A stretch of DNA of 64,000 nucleotides from NCBI GenBank assembly GCA_963752285.1, contig CAVVXN010000005.1:1312001-1376000 (forward strand), given 5' to 3'. Position numbers and translations under genes: made by a program. The DNA is from an uncultured Planctomycetota bacterium. GTDB taxonomy: Bacteria; Planctomycetota; PLA2; JAEUHO01. Each line of letters starts with the position of its first letter. The first letter of the stretch is position 1. The notes under the pieces are model-generated. The model was not told where the DNA came from and did no database searches. It saw only the letters and a list, made by a program, of their open reading frames with translations. Of this stretch, positions 9,560-20,586 are shown in pieces.

Positions 9560-10729
9560 TCAGCCGCGCGCGCTGGCCGACTCGACCTCCTGGCGGAGGG
9601 CGGCCGTCCGGTCGGTCCGCTCCCACGGGAACTCCGGTCGGCCGAAGTGCCCCCCGACGGCCGTTCGACGGTAGATGGGCCGGAGCAGGTCGAGGTCCTG
9701 GATGATCCCGTAGGGGGTCAGCCTGAACACCTCGCGGACGGCCCGCTCGAGGACCGGCTCCGGCGCGGGGGTCCGCCCGAAGCCGCGGGCGCGGACGCGG
9801 AGCGACACGGGATCCGCGACCCCGATCGCGTAGGCCAGCTGGACCTCCACCTCGTCGGCGAGGTCCGCGGCCACCACGTTCTTCGCGACGTACCGCGCCA
9901 TGTAGCAGGCGCTCCGGTCCACCTTGCTCGGGTCCTTGCCGCTGAAAGCCCCCCCGCCGTGGGGCGCGGAGCCGCCGTACGTGTCCACGATGATCTTGCG
10001 CCCCGTGAGCCCGGTGTCGCCCTTCGGACCGCCGACCGTGAAGCTCCCGGTCGGGTTCACGTGGAGGACCGTACGGTCGTCGAGGAGCCCCTCGGGAAGG
10101 AGCGGCAGCAGGAGATCGTGCACGTCTTGCGCGATCCGGGCGTGGGACACGCCCGCGTCGTGCTGGGTCGAGACCACGACCGTGTGGACGCGCCGGGGCC
10201 GATCGTCCTCGCCGTACTCCACGGTCACCTGGCTCTTCCCGTCGGGACCGAGGTACGGGAGGGTGCCGTCCTCCCGGAGCCGGGTGAGGCCCCGGGTCAG
10301 CACGTGCGCGAGGTGGATGGGGAGGGGCATCAGCTCGTCCGTGTCGCGGCAGGCGTACCCGAACATCAGCCCCTGGTCGCCCGCGCCCTGGAGCTCCGGG
10401 TCGCCGCGGTCCACGCCCTGGGCGATCTCGGGGGACTGGTGGCCGAGCGCCACGAGCACGGAGACGTCGTCGGCCGGGAACCCGTACCGGGGGTCCCCGT
10501 AGCCGGCCGCGCGGATCGCCTCCCGGGCGACCTCCTGCACGTCCACGATGGCGCGGGAACGGACCTCGCCCCCCACGAGGCAGAGGCCGTTGGTCACGAA
10601 CGTCTCGCAGGCGACGCGGGCGCCCGGGTCCGCCCCGAGGTGCGCGTCGAGGACGGCGTCGCTCACGGCGTCGGCGAGCTTGTCGGGGTGTCCCCCCGTG
10701 ACGGATTCCGATGTGAAGAGATAGGACAT
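9560..10729 (-). CDS. metK: S-adenosylmethionine synthetase
   Basis: [50 protein letters not shown]. Confidence 0.97.
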   Translation of the reverse strand: MSYLFTSESVTGGHPDKLADAVSDAVLDAHLGADPGARVACETFVTNGLCLVGGEVRSRAIVDVQEVAREAIRAAGYGDPRYGFPADDVSVLVALGHQSPEIAQGVDRGDPELQGAGDQGLMFGYACRDTDELMPLPIHLAHVLTRGLTRLREDGTLPYLGPDGKSQVTVEYGEDDRPRRVHTVVVSTQHDAGVSHARIAQDVHDLLLPLLPEGLLDDRTVLHVNPTGSFTVGGPKGDTGLTGRKIIVDTYGGSAPHGGGAFSGKDPSKVDRSACYMARYVAKNVVAADLADEVEVQLAYAIGVADPVSLRVRARGFGRTPAPEPVLERAVREVFRLTPYGIIQDLDLLRPIYRRTAVGGHFGRPEFPWERTDRTAALRQEVESASARG

Positions 10730-11054
10730 GCGACGTGGCTCCCGTGGTCGCGGGGGATCCTAAATCCGGCCCGGGACGGCCACATGGACAAAGTGCGCCG
10801 TTCGGGTCCGCCGCTTGCGTAGGCCCTCCCGCCGAGCTCGCGCGGACCGTGGACCGCGGTCCCGTAAGCTCGGGGGACCGCGGGACCCGACGTCGGCGTG
10901 CCGGACGCGTCCGCCACGGTGGCGGTCGCGACGTCGGGCCGGGCCCGCGGACCCTCGTTTCCTCGTACGACCGCACGCGAACCCGCGACCGGGGGGCCGA
11001 CCGACGTCCCGTCGGCACGGGCGCGCGTGCCCCCCCCGAAGGGAGGACCCCGAG

Positions 11055-11426
11055 ATGACCGCGCCTCGCACCTTCCGGCGCGCCGCGCTCGCGCCGCTCG
11101 TCGCGCTCCTCGTCCTGGCGCCGATCGTCGCCGCCTGCGGCGGCGGCCACCACCACGACGTGTTCCTGTCGGGCAACGTGTTCGTGGACAACCTGACCGA
11201 CACCACCGCGCCCGAGGACTGCGAGGGGTTCTTCCTCGCGCCGTCCGGGGGCACGTTCACCGGAAACCTCCTCTCGGGCCCGTTGCCCGCCGGCTCGACG
11301 GAGTTCGTGGGATCCTTCACGGAGGGCTTCTACGACGGCGAGGCGGACATGGAGTTCGGCGACGTGATCCAGTGGTTCGACGTCTTCGTGGCCGGGAACG
11401 ACGACACGTACTTCGAGATCTACTGA
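11055..11426 (+). CDS. Small acidic lipoprotein
   Basis: SD GGAGG; signal peptide with lipobox VAA-C followed by GGGHHHD; beta-rich, Asp/Glu/Phe-rich mature part. Confidence 0.8.
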   Translation: MTAPRTFRRAALAPLVALLVLAPIVAACGGGHHHDVFLSGNVFVDNLTDTTAPEDCEGFFLAPSGGTFTGNLLSGPLPAGSTEFVGSFTEGFYDGEADMEFGDVIQWFDVFVAGNDDTYFEIY

Positions 11427-11435
11427 CCGCGGACG

Positions 11436-14162
11436 ATGACCTCGCGCCGACGCGTCCTCCTCGCCCTCGCGACCGTGCTCGCCCTCGGCGGAGCCGCGTG
11501 GCTCGTCGGGACGCGAGACGCTGCGCCCCCCCGGCCGGAGGGCGCAGCGCTCGTCCGGCCCGGCGCGCCCTTTACGGGCGCGGCGCGCGCCGAGGCGGCC
11601 CCGGGCGAAGCGGGCGGTTCCCCGACGGCGGCCGACCGTTCCGGGGCGCCGGCCCGTTCGGACGGGCGCGCCCGGGTTCCACGCGTCACCGGGCGCGTCG
11701 AGGACGAGCGGGGCGTGCCGGTCGCGGGGGCCGAGGTCCGCGCGGAGGCGCTCGACCCGCGCGCGCTCCGCGGCGGCCTCGCGGAGCACGGCGACGCGCT
11801 CGGCCACGCCACGAGCGACGCGGACGGACGCTTCGAGGTCCCGGTGCGCGAGGCGGGCTGGTCGAGGATCCGCGCCGAGGCCGCGGGCCACGGGACCGCG
11901 GACGCGTGGGCCGCGGGCCCCGGCGCGTGGGTCCTCCTCACGCTCCCCGACCCCGGGACGCTCGACGTCCGCGCCGTGGACGGCGACGGCGCGCCCGTCG
12001 CGGACGCGCACGTCGACGCCTGGATCGGCAGGACGCGCCTCGCCGGCACGACCGACGGGGACGGGACGTGGCACGACGAGACCGTCCCACCCGGCAGCGC
12101 GAAGCTCCGCGCGACCGCGCCGGACGGACGGGAGGGCGAGGCCGGCCCCGTCGCGGTCTCGCCGGGCGCGAGCACGCACGTCCTCGTCGTCCTGGCCCCC
12201 GCCGTCGCGCTCGGCGGACGCGTGGTGGACGCGAGGAGCGGGCTCCCGGTCGAGGGGGCCGAGGTGGACGTCGCGCGGCCCGGCCGGGGCGTGTCCTTCG
12301 GCACGACCGGGCCCGACGGGACGTTCGGACCCGCCGTCGCGGGTCCCGCGGGCGCGCGCGTCCTCGTCGCCGCGCGCGCACCGGGCCGACGCCCCACGCT
12401 CCTCCCCGTCGTGCTCGCGGCGGGCGCGCCCGCGATGGAGGTCCGGGTCCCGCTCTCGGAGGCCTCGGACGTCGCGGGGCGCGTCGTGGACGACGAGGGC
12501 CGGCCGGTCGCGGGCGCGCGGGTGACGACGACCTCGGACGGCGTGCTCGACCGCGCGCCGCCGGGGGTCACGACCGACGAGCAGGGGCGATTCGCGCTCC
12601 CGCCGCCCGGTCCGCCCGCACCCGGCCGCCGCGTCTCGATCGTGGCCGAGGGGCCGGAGGGCCGGGCGGCGCTCTCGCTCCGCCCCGACGAGACGGTCTC
12701 GGACGTGGTGCTCGTCCTCGTGCCCGGCGCGACGGTCCAGGGACGGGTCGTCGACGGCGAGGGCCGTGCGCTCGCGGGCGTCGTGGCGCGCCTCGAACCC
12801 GTCTGGGGACGCCTCCCCGACCGCGGGCGCCCGGGCGCGCGGACGTCGCTGCTCCTCTCGATGAGCGGGTCCGACGCGGGGTTCCCCACCGCCTCGACGG
12901 ACGCGGAGGGTCGCTTCGAGGTGCGCGCGGTGCCGCGCGGCCCGTACGACGTCCGCCTCGCGCGGGGCGCGCTCGAGGGCCGCGGCGGCTCGGGCCCGGT
13001 CGAGGTGGAGGGCGACCTGGATCTCGGCACCCTCGTCCTCGGCTCGGGCCGCGCCCTCGAGGGTCGCGTGCTCGACCTGCACGGCGCCGGGATCCCCGGC
13101 GCCCAGGTGGACCTCGCCCCGGCCGCCCGCCCCGACGCGGACCCCGCGCCGGACGACGGCGCCGGCGACGGGCGCCCGGCGGCCCGGGCGGCGGACCTCC
13201 CGCGCCACGCCACGACCGGCGCGGACGGGAGCTACCGCGTGCTGGGCGTCGGGCCCGGCACGTGGCGCGTCACGGCGCGCCGCGCGGGGCTCGCTCCGGA
13301 CGCGACCGAGGTCGAGGTCTTGGCAACTGGCCCCTTCGCCGGGCCCGCCGACCTCGTGCTCGAGGACGAGGCGACGGTCGAGGGCGTGCTCTCGGAAGGC
13401 GACGCGCCGTTCCGCCGACCCTTCGAGGTGGTGCTCGAGGCGGAGGGGGGAGGCCGACGCCGCGTCGGTCCCGTCGCGTTCCGCTCGCCCGAGGGCCGCT
13501 TCGAGGTGGACGGGGTCCCGGCGGGGTCCTGGCGCGTGCTCGCCCGGACCTTCGACGGACGGATCGCGCGCCCGCCGGAGCCGCTGGACGTACGCGCGGG
13601 CGGACGGTGGCCCGTGCGCCTCGAGCTCGAGCGCGCCGCGTCGCTCACGGGCCGGCTCCGCGGGCCCGACGGCGCGCCCGTCGCGGCGGGCCGGGTCACG
13701 CTTCGCCGCGAGGCCGACGGGACGCGGCGGAGCGCGACCACCGACGCGGCCGGCCGGTTCGAGGTCGCGGACCTCGCGCCGGGGTCTTGGCGCGTCCGCG
13801 CGACCGGGCGCGGCGGCGCGCCCGTCGAGACGCTCGTCGTCCTCCCCTCGGGCCCCTCGCTGCCGGTGGACCTCGCCCTCGCGCGCGGTGGCGCGTTGGA
13901 GGTCTCGGTCACGGCCGCGGGCGGCGGTCCCGTGCCGGGTGCGTTGGTGCTCGTGCGGCCGCCCGAGGACGCGATGCTCGAATCCGCGAGCGGTGCGCGC
14001 ACCGACGCGCGCGGCCGGCTCCAAATCGACGACCTGCCCCCCGGGGACCTCGAGGTGGTGGCGATCGCCGCCGACGGCCGCCGCGGCGGGTCCGCCTGTG
14101 TCGTCTCTGCGGGCGGGGTCGCGACGGTCGCGATCGAGGTGGCGCCGACGACCGGGCGCTGA
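11436..14162 (+). CDS. Carboxypeptidase regulatory-like domain repeat protein, N-terminally anchored
   Basis: N-terminal hydrophobic segment; repeated GRVVDxxGxPVAGAxV ... TDAxGRF beta-sandwich units. Confidence 0.85.
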   Translation: MTSRRRVLLALATVLALGGAAWLVGTRDAAPPRPEGAALVRPGAPFTGAARAEAAPGEAGGSPTAADRSGAPARSDGRARVPRVTGRVEDERGVPVAGAEVRAEALDPRALRGGLAEHGDALGHATSDADGRFEVPVREAGWSRIRAEAAGHGTADAWAAGPGAWVLLTLPDPGTLDVRAVDGDGAPVADAHVDAWIGRTRLAGTTDGDGTWHDETVPPGSAKLRATAPDGREGEAGPVAVSPGASTHVLVVLAPAVALGGRVVDARSGLPVEGAEVDVARPGRGVSFGTTGPDGTFGPAVAGPAGARVLVAARAPGRRPTLLPVVLAAGAPAMEVRVPLSEASDVAGRVVDDEGRPVAGARVTTTSDGVLDRAPPGVTTDEQGRFALPPPGPPAPGRRVSIVAEGPEGRAALSLRPDETVSDVVLVLVPGATVQGRVVDGEGRALAGVVARLEPVWGRLPDRGRPGARTSLLLSMSGSDAGFPTASTDAEGRFEVRAVPRGPYDVRLARGALEGRGGSGPVEVEGDLDLGTLVLGSGRALEGRVLDLHGAGIPGAQVDLAPAARPDADPAPDDGAGDGRPAARAADLPRHATTGADGSYRVLGVGPGTWRVTARRAGLAPDATEVEVLATGPFAGPADLVLEDEATVEGVLSEGDAPFRRPFEVVLEAEGGGRRRVGPVAFRSPEGRFEVDGVPAGSWRVLARTFDGRIARPPEPLDVRAGGRWPVRLELERAASLTGRLRGPDGAPVAAGRVTLRREADGTRRSATTDAAGRFEVADLAPGSWRVRATGRGGAPVETLVVLPSGPSLPVDLALARGGALEVSVTAAGGGPVPGALVLVRPPEDAMLESASGARTDARGRLQIDDLPPGDLEVVAIAADGRRGGSACVVSAGGVATVAIEVAPTTGR

Positions 14163-14201
14163 GGGCGCGCGTCCGCACCGGGGCCGACGCCGCGGTCGGT
14201 G

Positions 14202-15647
14202 TCACCGGTCCCGGCGCACGATCGCCGCGAGCCACGGCCGGAGGACCTCCACGGTGCGCGTCGTGGCGCCCTTGCTCGCGCGGACGGCCTCCTTCGCGCG
14301 CCGTCCGACCTCCGCGGCGGCGGCGGGGCTCTCGAGCCACCCCTCCAGGGTCGCGGAGACGCCCGCCTCGTCGGGCGCCACGACGAGACCGCCGGCCTGT
14401 TCGAGCATCTCCACCTCGCCCCGGAAGTTCACGTACGAGGGCCCGATCACGGTGGGCTTCCCGAGGCTCGCGGGCTCCATCACGTTCTGGCCGCCGTGCC
14501 GGACGAGGGTTCCCCCGACGAACGCCGCGTGGGCCAGCGCGTACGCGCCTTCGAGCTCGCCGACCGTGTCGAGGAGCACCACGGCCGCGGGCGGGACCGA
14601 CGCGCCCGCCTCCAGGCGGCTCCGCCGGACGACGTCGAGCCCCTCGCGACGCACGTCGGCCTCGACGGCGTCCGCGCGGGCCGGGTGCCGCGGCGCGAGG
14701 AGCAGGCGGAACGGGCGGCCGCGCTCCGCCAGGCGGCGCGCGATCCGCGCGAGCGCGCGCTCCTCTCCGGGGTGCGTGCTGCCCGCGACGACGAGCGGCC
14801 GGCCGTCGGCGAGGTCGAGCGCGCCGATCCGCGTCGGGAGCGCCGACTCCGCGCGGAACGGCACGTTGTCGAGCTTCATGTTGCCCGTCACGTGGATCCG
14901 CGCGGGATCGACGCCGACGGCGGCGAAGCGCTCCGCGTACGCGTCGATCTGCACGCACACGGCCGCGAGGCCCCCCAGGAGCTCCCGCGCGAGGGGCCGG
15001 ACCCGGCAGAACCGCCGGCACGAGCGCTCGCTCATCCGCCCGTTCACGAGCACCACGGGGATCCGACGCGCGTACGCCGCCGAGAGGAAGTTCGGCCAGA
15101 GCTCGCTCTCGACGAGGAGGACGAGGTCGGGGCGCAGGCGGTCGAGAGCGTTTTGGACGATCCACGACAGGTCCGGAGGATAGAAGTCCACGCGCCGGTC
15201 GCCGTAGCGTTCGTGGGCGACGCGCCGCGCCGTGTCGGTGCTCACGGTGAGCACCGTCTCGAGGCCCGGGACCTCGCGCTCGAGGGCCTCGACGAGCCGC
15301 GCGGCCGCCTTCACCTCCCCCACCGACACGCCGTGGACCCAGATGCACGGGGCGTCCGACGCGCGGCGCCGGCGGCGCCGGAACCGCTCGGGGAGGTCCT
15401 TCGCGTACGCGCGCCACCGCGCGCGGGTCTTCTCCTGACGGAGGTAGCGACCGAGGGCGTACGGCGCGAGCAGCACGACGAGACCGCCGTACACCGCGTC
15501 GAGGATCCAGTGCCGCACGCGCGCGGGGACGCGGGCGAGCGCCGCGCCCGACCGCGCGGGGGGCACGGCGGACGGCTCCGGACGGCGCCGCGGCGGCGCC
15601 TGCGGCGCGGTCGAGAGGACGGGGTGCGCGGCGGCGCCTTCCCCCAT
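14202..15647 (-). CDS. waaA: 3-deoxy-D-manno-octulosonic acid (Kdo) transferase; true start may be GTG at 15518
   Basis: IWVHGVSVGEV, ESELWPN, NGRMSERS, TGNMKLD, AGSTHPGEE, APRHP, DTVGEL, GGQNVMEPA. Confidence 0.93.
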   Translation of the reverse strand: MGEGAAAHPVLSTAPQAPPRRRPEPSAVPPARSGAALARVPARVRHWILDAVYGGLVVLLAPYALGRYLRQEKTRARWRAYAKDLPERFRRRRRRASDAPCIWVHGVSVGEVKAAARLVEALEREVPGLETVLTVSTDTARRVAHERYGDRRVDFYPPDLSWIVQNALDRLRPDLVLLVESELWPNFLSAAYARRIPVVLVNGRMSERSCRRFCRVRPLARELLGGLAAVCVQIDAYAERFAAVGVDPARIHVTGNMKLDNVPFRAESALPTRIGALDLADGRPLVVAGSTHPGEERALARIARRLAERGRPFRLLLAPRHPARADAVEADVRREGLDVVRRSRLEAGASVPPAAVVLLDTVGELEGAYALAHAAFVGGTLVRHGGQNVMEPASLGKPTVIGPSYVNFRGEVEMLEQAGGLVVAPDEAGVSATLEGWLESPAAAAEVGRRAKEAVRASKGATTRTVEVLRPWLAAIVRRDR

Positions 15648-15649
15648 CG

Positions 15650-18241
15650 TCACGCCGAGAGGCCGTGGCACTTCTTGTACTTCTTGCCCGACCCGCAGGG
15701 ACACGGGTCGTTCCGGCCGATCTTCGGCTCGCTCCGCCGGATGGGGGCGACGGGCCCCTGGAAGCCGGGGGGCGGGCCCTCGCCGTCCGCGGCGGAGCCG
15801 CCGCCGAGCGCGTCGGACACGCCCGTCCCGCGCTCCTCGGGCGTCTGCGCCTCCGCGCCGCTCCAGCGGTCGTTCAGGAGGTCCTCGGCCTGCTTCGTGA
15901 GCCGGACCTTCAAGAAGCTCGAGGTGACCTGCTGGCGGACGGCGCGGAGCATCTCGCCGAACATCCGGTGGCCCTCGATCTTGTAGGCCACCTTCGGGTC
16001 GATCTGGCCGTAGCCCCTCAGCCCGATGCCGGTCTTGAGCCCGTCCATCGCGTGGAGGTGGTCCTTCCAGCGCGCGTCCATCGCGTCGAGGAGGAGGAAG
16101 CGCTCGATGAAGCGCATCGTGTCCTCGCCCTCCTCCGCCTCGCGACGGCGCCACGCCGACCGCACGTGCTCCACGACCCGGTGGATCGAGGCGTCGAGGT
16201 CCTGCGGATCGACCGCGTCCGCGGGTACGGGGACGCCGAAGTGCTTCGTGCACCACTCCGCGACGGACCCGGGGTCACGCGTCTCGGGCGGGGCCTGCTT
16301 GCCGAGCACGCTCACGACCTTCTCGTCGGTGACGCTCTCGATGAAACGCTCGAGCACCTCCTTCTGGTGCGCGACGTCGTTCTCGAGCAGGCTCTGCCTC
16401 AGGCCGTAGACCTCCTTCCGCTGGATGTCCATGACCTCGTCGTACTCGAGCAGGTTCTTGCGGATCTCGAAGTTGCGCGCCTCGACCTTCTTCTGCGCCT
16501 TCGTGATGGCGCGCGTCACGAGGGGCGCGGTGATCGCCTCGCCCTCCTTCATGCCCATCCGCGTGAGGAACCGCGCCACCCACTCGGGGGCGAAGATCCG
16601 CATCAGGTCGTCCTCGAGGCTCAGGAAGAACTGGCTCGAGCCCGGGTCGCCCTGGCGGCCGGCGCGGCCGCGGAGCTGGTTGTCCACGCGCCGCGACTCG
16701 TGCCGCTCGGTCCCGATGATGTGCAGGCCGCCCCGGTCGGCGACGCCGGGACCGAGCAGGATGTCCGTCCCGCGGCCGGCCATGTTCGTGGCGATCGTGA
16801 CCCGGTCCATCTGGCCCGCGCCCGCGACGATGTGCGCCTCGCGTTCGTGGTGCTTCGCGTTCAGGACCTCGTGCTCGACGCCCCGCCGGCCGAGCATCCC
16901 CGAGAGGAGCTCGGACTTCGCGATGCTCGTCGTGCCGACGAGGATCGGGCGTCCCGTCCGGTGGACCTCCGCGACCTCGTCGACCACCGCGCCGTACTTC
17001 TCCTTCTCGGTGCGGTAGATCATGTCGTCCTGCTCGGCGCGGATGAGCGGACGGTTCGTGGGCATGTCGAGGACGTCGAGCTTGTAGATCTGCCAGAACT
17101 CGCCCGCCTCCGTCATGGCGGTACCGGTCATGCCGGAGAGCTTGTCGTAGAGACGGAAGAAGTTCTGGTACGTGATCGTGGCGAGGGTCTGGTTCTCCTC
17201 GCGCGGGTGGATCCCCTCCTTCGCCTCGACGGCCTGGTGCAGACCGTCCGACCAGCGACGACCCTCCATGAGACGACCCGTGAACTCGTCGACGATGATG
17301 ATCTCGCCGTCCTTCGCCACGTAGTCGCGGTCGCGCGCATAGATGTGGTGCGCGCGCAGCGCCTGCTCGAGGAGGTGCGGCCAGTCGCTCTCGCCGGCCT
17401 CGTAGAACGAGACGCCCGCGATCCGCTCGGCCTTCTCCTGGCCCTCCTCCGTGAGCACGCACTGGTGCTCCTTCTCCTTGATCTCGAAGTCCTCGCCCGG
17501 GACGAGCCGCCGCGCGACCTGATCGGCCTCCTCGTACTGGGCCCGGTCGTCCTCGGACGGCCCGCTGATGATGAGCGGCGTCCGCGCCTCGTCGACCAGG
17601 ATCGAGTCCACCTCGTCCACGATGGCGTAGTGAAGGCGGCGCTGGACCTGGGACTCCTTGCGGATCTTCATGTTGTCGCGGAGGTAGTCGAAGCCGAACT
17701 CGCTGTTCGTGCCATACGTGACGTCGGACCGGTACTGGGGGATGCGCTCCTCGTTCGACATGGGCGCCTGGATCGCCCCCACGGTCAGGCCGAGGGCCTC
17801 GTACACCGGGCGCATCCAGTCGGCGTCGCGACGGGCCAGGTAGTCGTTCACCGTGACGAGGTGGACGCCCTGGCCCGCGAGCGCGTTCAGGTAGACCGCG
17901 AGCGTCGCGACCAGGGTCTTGCCCTCGCCGGTCACCATCTCGGCGATCATGCCCTGGTGGAGGGCCCAGCCGCCGATCAGCTGCACGTCGTAGTGCCGCT
18001 GCCCGAGCGCGCGCTTGCTGGCCTCCCGGCAGGCCGCGAACGCCTCGGGGAGCAGCTCGTCCAGCGTCGCCCCGTCCCTCAGGCGGCCGCGGTACGTCTC
18101 GGTCAGGGCACGGAGGCCCGCGTCGTCCAGGCGCTGCATCTCGGGCTCGAGCGCGTTGATGCGCTCGACGATCGGGAGCACGCGCCGGATGACGCGGTCG
18201 CTGCGGCGCCCGAACAGGGCCTGGAGGAGCTTGTCGATCAT
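15650..18241 (-). CDS. secA: Preprotein translocase ATPase SecA
   Basis: [54 protein letters not shown]-terminal [18 protein letters not shown]. Confidence 0.98.
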   Translation of the reverse strand: MIDKLLQALFGRRSDRVIRRVLPIVERINALEPEMQRLDDAGLRALTETYRGRLRDGATLDELLPEAFAACREASKRALGQRHYDVQLIGGWALHQGMIAEMVTGEGKTLVATLAVYLNALAGQGVHLVTVNDYLARRDADWMRPVYEALGLTVGAIQAPMSNEERIPQYRSDVTYGTNSEFGFDYLRDNMKIRKESQVQRRLHYAIVDEVDSILVDEARTPLIISGPSEDDRAQYEEADQVARRLVPGEDFEIKEKEHQCVLTEEGQEKAERIAGVSFYEAGESDWPHLLEQALRAHHIYARDRDYVAKDGEIIIVDEFTGRLMEGRRWSDGLHQAVEAKEGIHPREENQTLATITYQNFFRLYDKLSGMTGTAMTEAGEFWQIYKLDVLDMPTNRPLIRAEQDDMIYRTEKEKYGAVVDEVAEVHRTGRPILVGTTSIAKSELLSGMLGRRGVEHEVLNAKHHEREAHIVAGAGQMDRVTIATNMAGRGTDILLGPGVADRGGLHIIGTERHESRRVDNQLRGRAGRQGDPGSSQFFLSLEDDLMRIFAPEWVARFLTRMGMKEGEAITAPLVTRAITKAQKKVEARNFEIRKNLLEYDEVMDIQRKEVYGLRQSLLENDVAHQKEVLERFIESVTDEKVVSVLGKQAPPETRDPGSVAEWCTKHFGVPVPADAVDPQDLDASIHRVVEHVRSAWRRREAEEGEDTMRFIERFLLLDAMDARWKDHLHAMDGLKTGIGLRGYGQIDPKVAYKIEGHRMFGEMLRAVRQQVTSSFLKVRLTKQAEDLLNDRWSGAEAQTPEERGTGVSDALGGGSAADGEGPPPGFQGPVAPIRRSEPKIGRNDPCPCGSGKKYKKCHGLSA

Positions 18242-18343
18242 GCGATCCCTGGGAGTCCGCGGGCGGGAGCCGCGGGAGAACGGACGAGCGTAGCAGTCCC
18301 CTGGGGCGACGCCAGCCCGGCGAGCGGGCCCCTCGCCGCCTCC

Positions 18344-19306
18344 TCAGGTCGCGTCGCGGGGATCCTCGAGCGTCCCGATCACGTCCCCGACGCGGGTCGC
18401 CCCGAGCGCGGCGACGCGCGGCGCGAGCCCCTCGAGGACCTCTACCGCGGCGCACGGGTTCACGTAGTTGGCGGTGCCGACCTGGACCGCGGTCGCCCCC
18501 GCGACGAGGAACTCCATCGCGTCGTCGGCCGTCGAGATGCCGCCGATCCCGATGATGGGCGCGCGGAGCGCGCGCCAGAGGTCGCGCACGATCCGGAGCG
18601 CGATCGGCTTGATGCACGGGCCGGAGAGCCCCCCGACGCCGCGGCCGAGCACCGTCTTCCGCCGGCGCCAGTCGATCGCCATCCCCACCACGGTGTTGAT
18701 CGCGCTGATCGCGTCCGCGCCGGCCTCGAGGGCCGCCTCGGCGACGGGTCGTGGGTCGGTGACGTTCGGCGAGAGCTTCGCGAACAGCGGCCGGTCCGTG
18801 ACGTCCCGCACGCGGCGCACGACGTCGCGCGCGGCGTCGGCGGTGGTGGAGAAGTCGAGGCCGCCCGCGACGTTCGGACACGACATGTTGAGCTCGAGGG
18901 CGGCGATGCCGTCTTCGCGCTCGAGCCGCGACGCGAGGTCCGCGAAGCCCTGGCGGTCCTCGCCCGCGATGTTGATGACGACGGGCGTCCCGAGGGTCCG
19001 GAGCAGCGGGAGCACCTCGGCGCAGTAGGCCTCGACGCCCGGGTTGGGGAGCCCGATCGAGTTGAGGAGCCCCCCGGGCGTCTCGGCGAGCCGCGGCGCG
19101 GGGTTCCCGGCGCGCGGCGCCTTGGTGATCGTCTTCACGACGACGAAGCCGAGGCGGCTCACGTCGTAGAACGACTGGAACTCGAGCCCCTTCCCGTACG
19201 TTCCCGAGGCCGTCCCCACCGGGTTGTCGATCCGGAGGGACCCGATCCGCACGCCGAGGTCGACGTCGTCCGGCGCGGACGGGAGGGGGCCCCGGGGGTC
19301 GCTCAC
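18344..19306 (-). CDS. pyrD: Dihydroorotate dehydrogenase (family 1B catalytic subunit)
   Basis: TASGTYG, GNPAPRLAET, NSIGLPNPG, ELNMSCPNV, AKLSPNV, GGLSGPCIKP; GTGA overlap with lspA. Confidence 0.93.
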   Translation of the reverse strand: MSDPRGPLPSAPDDVDLGVRIGSLRIDNPVGTASGTYGKGLEFQSFYDVSRLGFVVVKTITKAPRAGNPAPRLAETPGGLLNSIGLPNPGVEAYCAEVLPLLRTLGTPVVINIAGEDRQGFADLASRLEREDGIAALELNMSCPNVAGGLDFSTTADAARDVVRRVRDVTDRPLFAKLSPNVTDPRPVAEAALEAGADAISAINTVVGMAIDWRRRKTVLGRGVGGLSGPCIKPIALRIVRDLWRALRAPIIGIGGISTADDAMEFLVAGATAVQVGTANYVNPCAAVEVLEGLAPRVAALGATRVGDVIGTLEDPRDAT

Positions 19307-19860
19307 CCGGGCCTCGCGACGTCGCCCGCCGCGCGGCGCGCCGCCCGGCGGCGTCCGAACGTCTCCTCCCAGAGGATCGTGGCGACGCCGACGACGATCA
19401 GGCTGTCCGCCAAGTTGAAGTTGGGCCACTCGAACCGGCCCACGTAGACGAGGAGGAAGTCGCGCACCTTCCCCCACTGGTGGCGGTCGTACAGGTTGCC
19501 GAGCGCGCCGGCGAGCACCATCCCGAGGCCGACGTGGAGCAGGACGCTCGTGCGTCGCGTGGCCAGCAGCCACACGAGGAGGGCCACGGTCGCGAGGATC
19601 GTGAACAGGAGGATCGGGTCGGTGTGCCCTCCAAAGAGCCCGAACGTCACGCCTTCGTTGTACGTCCCCTCGAGCGCGATGAAGTGCGGGACGATGTCGA
19701 TTCGCCCGAACGGTCCCGCGCCGGGCGACGGGTTCATGTCGAGGAGGCGCGCCATCCACGCCTTCGTCACGAGGTCGCCGGCGACGCCCGCTACGAGGAT
19801 CGCCAGGGCGAGGACCTTCAGTCGGAGGAGCCGCCTCCGCTCGGTCCCGGGCTCGCTCAC
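19303..19860 (-). CDS. lspA: Lipoprotein signal peptidase II
   Basis: DLVTK, NEGVTFG, GALGNLYDR, VRDF, WPNFNLADSLI with TM segments. Confidence 0.92.
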   Translation of the reverse strand: MSEPGTERRRLLRLKVLALAILVAGVAGDLVTKAWMARLLDMNPSPGAGPFGRIDIVPHFIALEGTYNEGVTFGLFGGHTDPILLFTILATVALLVWLLATRRTSVLLHVGLGMVLAGALGNLYDRHQWGKVRDFLLVYVGRFEWPNFNLADSLIVVGVATILWEETFGRRRAARRAAGDVARPG

Positions 19861-20363
19861 GCCCCCCCCTGACGCTCCTCGAGCTCCTTTTGCACCACGC
19901 AGAGTCGCGCGTAGGGCACGGCGTCGAGACGGCCCTTCGCGATCCACGGGCACGTCGGGCAACGGTCGGGCGACCCCTCGACGGGCTGGGCGTCGGCGCA
20001 CGCCTCGCAGAGGCCGTACGGGAGCTCGCCGCGGCCGTCGATCTTGTCCAGGGCGTCCATGATGTCGCGATAGAGCTCGGACTCGCCCTCGAGCAGGGCG
20101 AGCGAGAAGTCCTGGTCGAAGTTGTCGGTGCCGTGGTCGGCCATGTGATCGACCGAGTAGTCCTGCCCCGACGACTTGAGCGCCTCGTCGGCGAGCTTCT
20201 GGCTGCTCTGCAGGATGCGCGCCCGCAGGTGGAGGAGCGCGTCGCGGTACCGCCGGAGCTCCGCCTTCGTGGGACCGCCCTTGGGCCAGCGGCGACGCGC
20301 TCCGTTCGAAGAGGACGGGGCGCGGTCCGGGGTGGCTTCCGGATCGGACTTCTTCGGCGGCAT
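19857..20363 (-). CDS. DksA/TraR family C4-type zinc-finger regulator
   Basis: Coiled coil with HMADHGTDNFDQDF tip, YGLCEAC, RLDAVPYARLC; SD GGAGG; upstream of lspA. Confidence 0.88.
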   Translation of the reverse strand: MPPKKSDPEATPDRAPSSSNGARRRWPKGGPTKAELRRYRDALLHLRARILQSSQKLADEALKSSGQDYSVDHMADHGTDNFDQDFSLALLEGESELYRDIMDALDKIDGRGELPYGLCEACADAQPVEGSPDRCPTCPWIAKGRLDAVPYARLCVVQKELEERQGGA

Positions 20364-20586
20364 CGCCCCTCCGTGGTGTCGGAGGCCGCGCCCGCGGCGA
20401 GACCGATGGACGTGGCTCCGGCGTAGAAGGCGCGGGAGCATACCCGTGCCCATTGGGACGGTCAATCCGCGCGATGGGCGCCTGGAAACCGGGTTCTGCG
20501 CCTCGGGTGGACGCGTCCCGAGGACCGCGCCGCGCCCCGGCGCTCAAGGTCCGTCGCCCCGCGACCGTTCTCCTCACTGGGGGCCC

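Noticed and set aside
10730..11050. SAM riboswitch upstream of metK
   Set aside because: No SAM-I/II core motifs recognisable by eye; an Rfam/Infernal scan would be needed to exclude it fully
18344..19306. pyrD without adjacent pyrK as an anomaly
   Set aside because: pyrK may be elsewhere; this cannot be judged from the window
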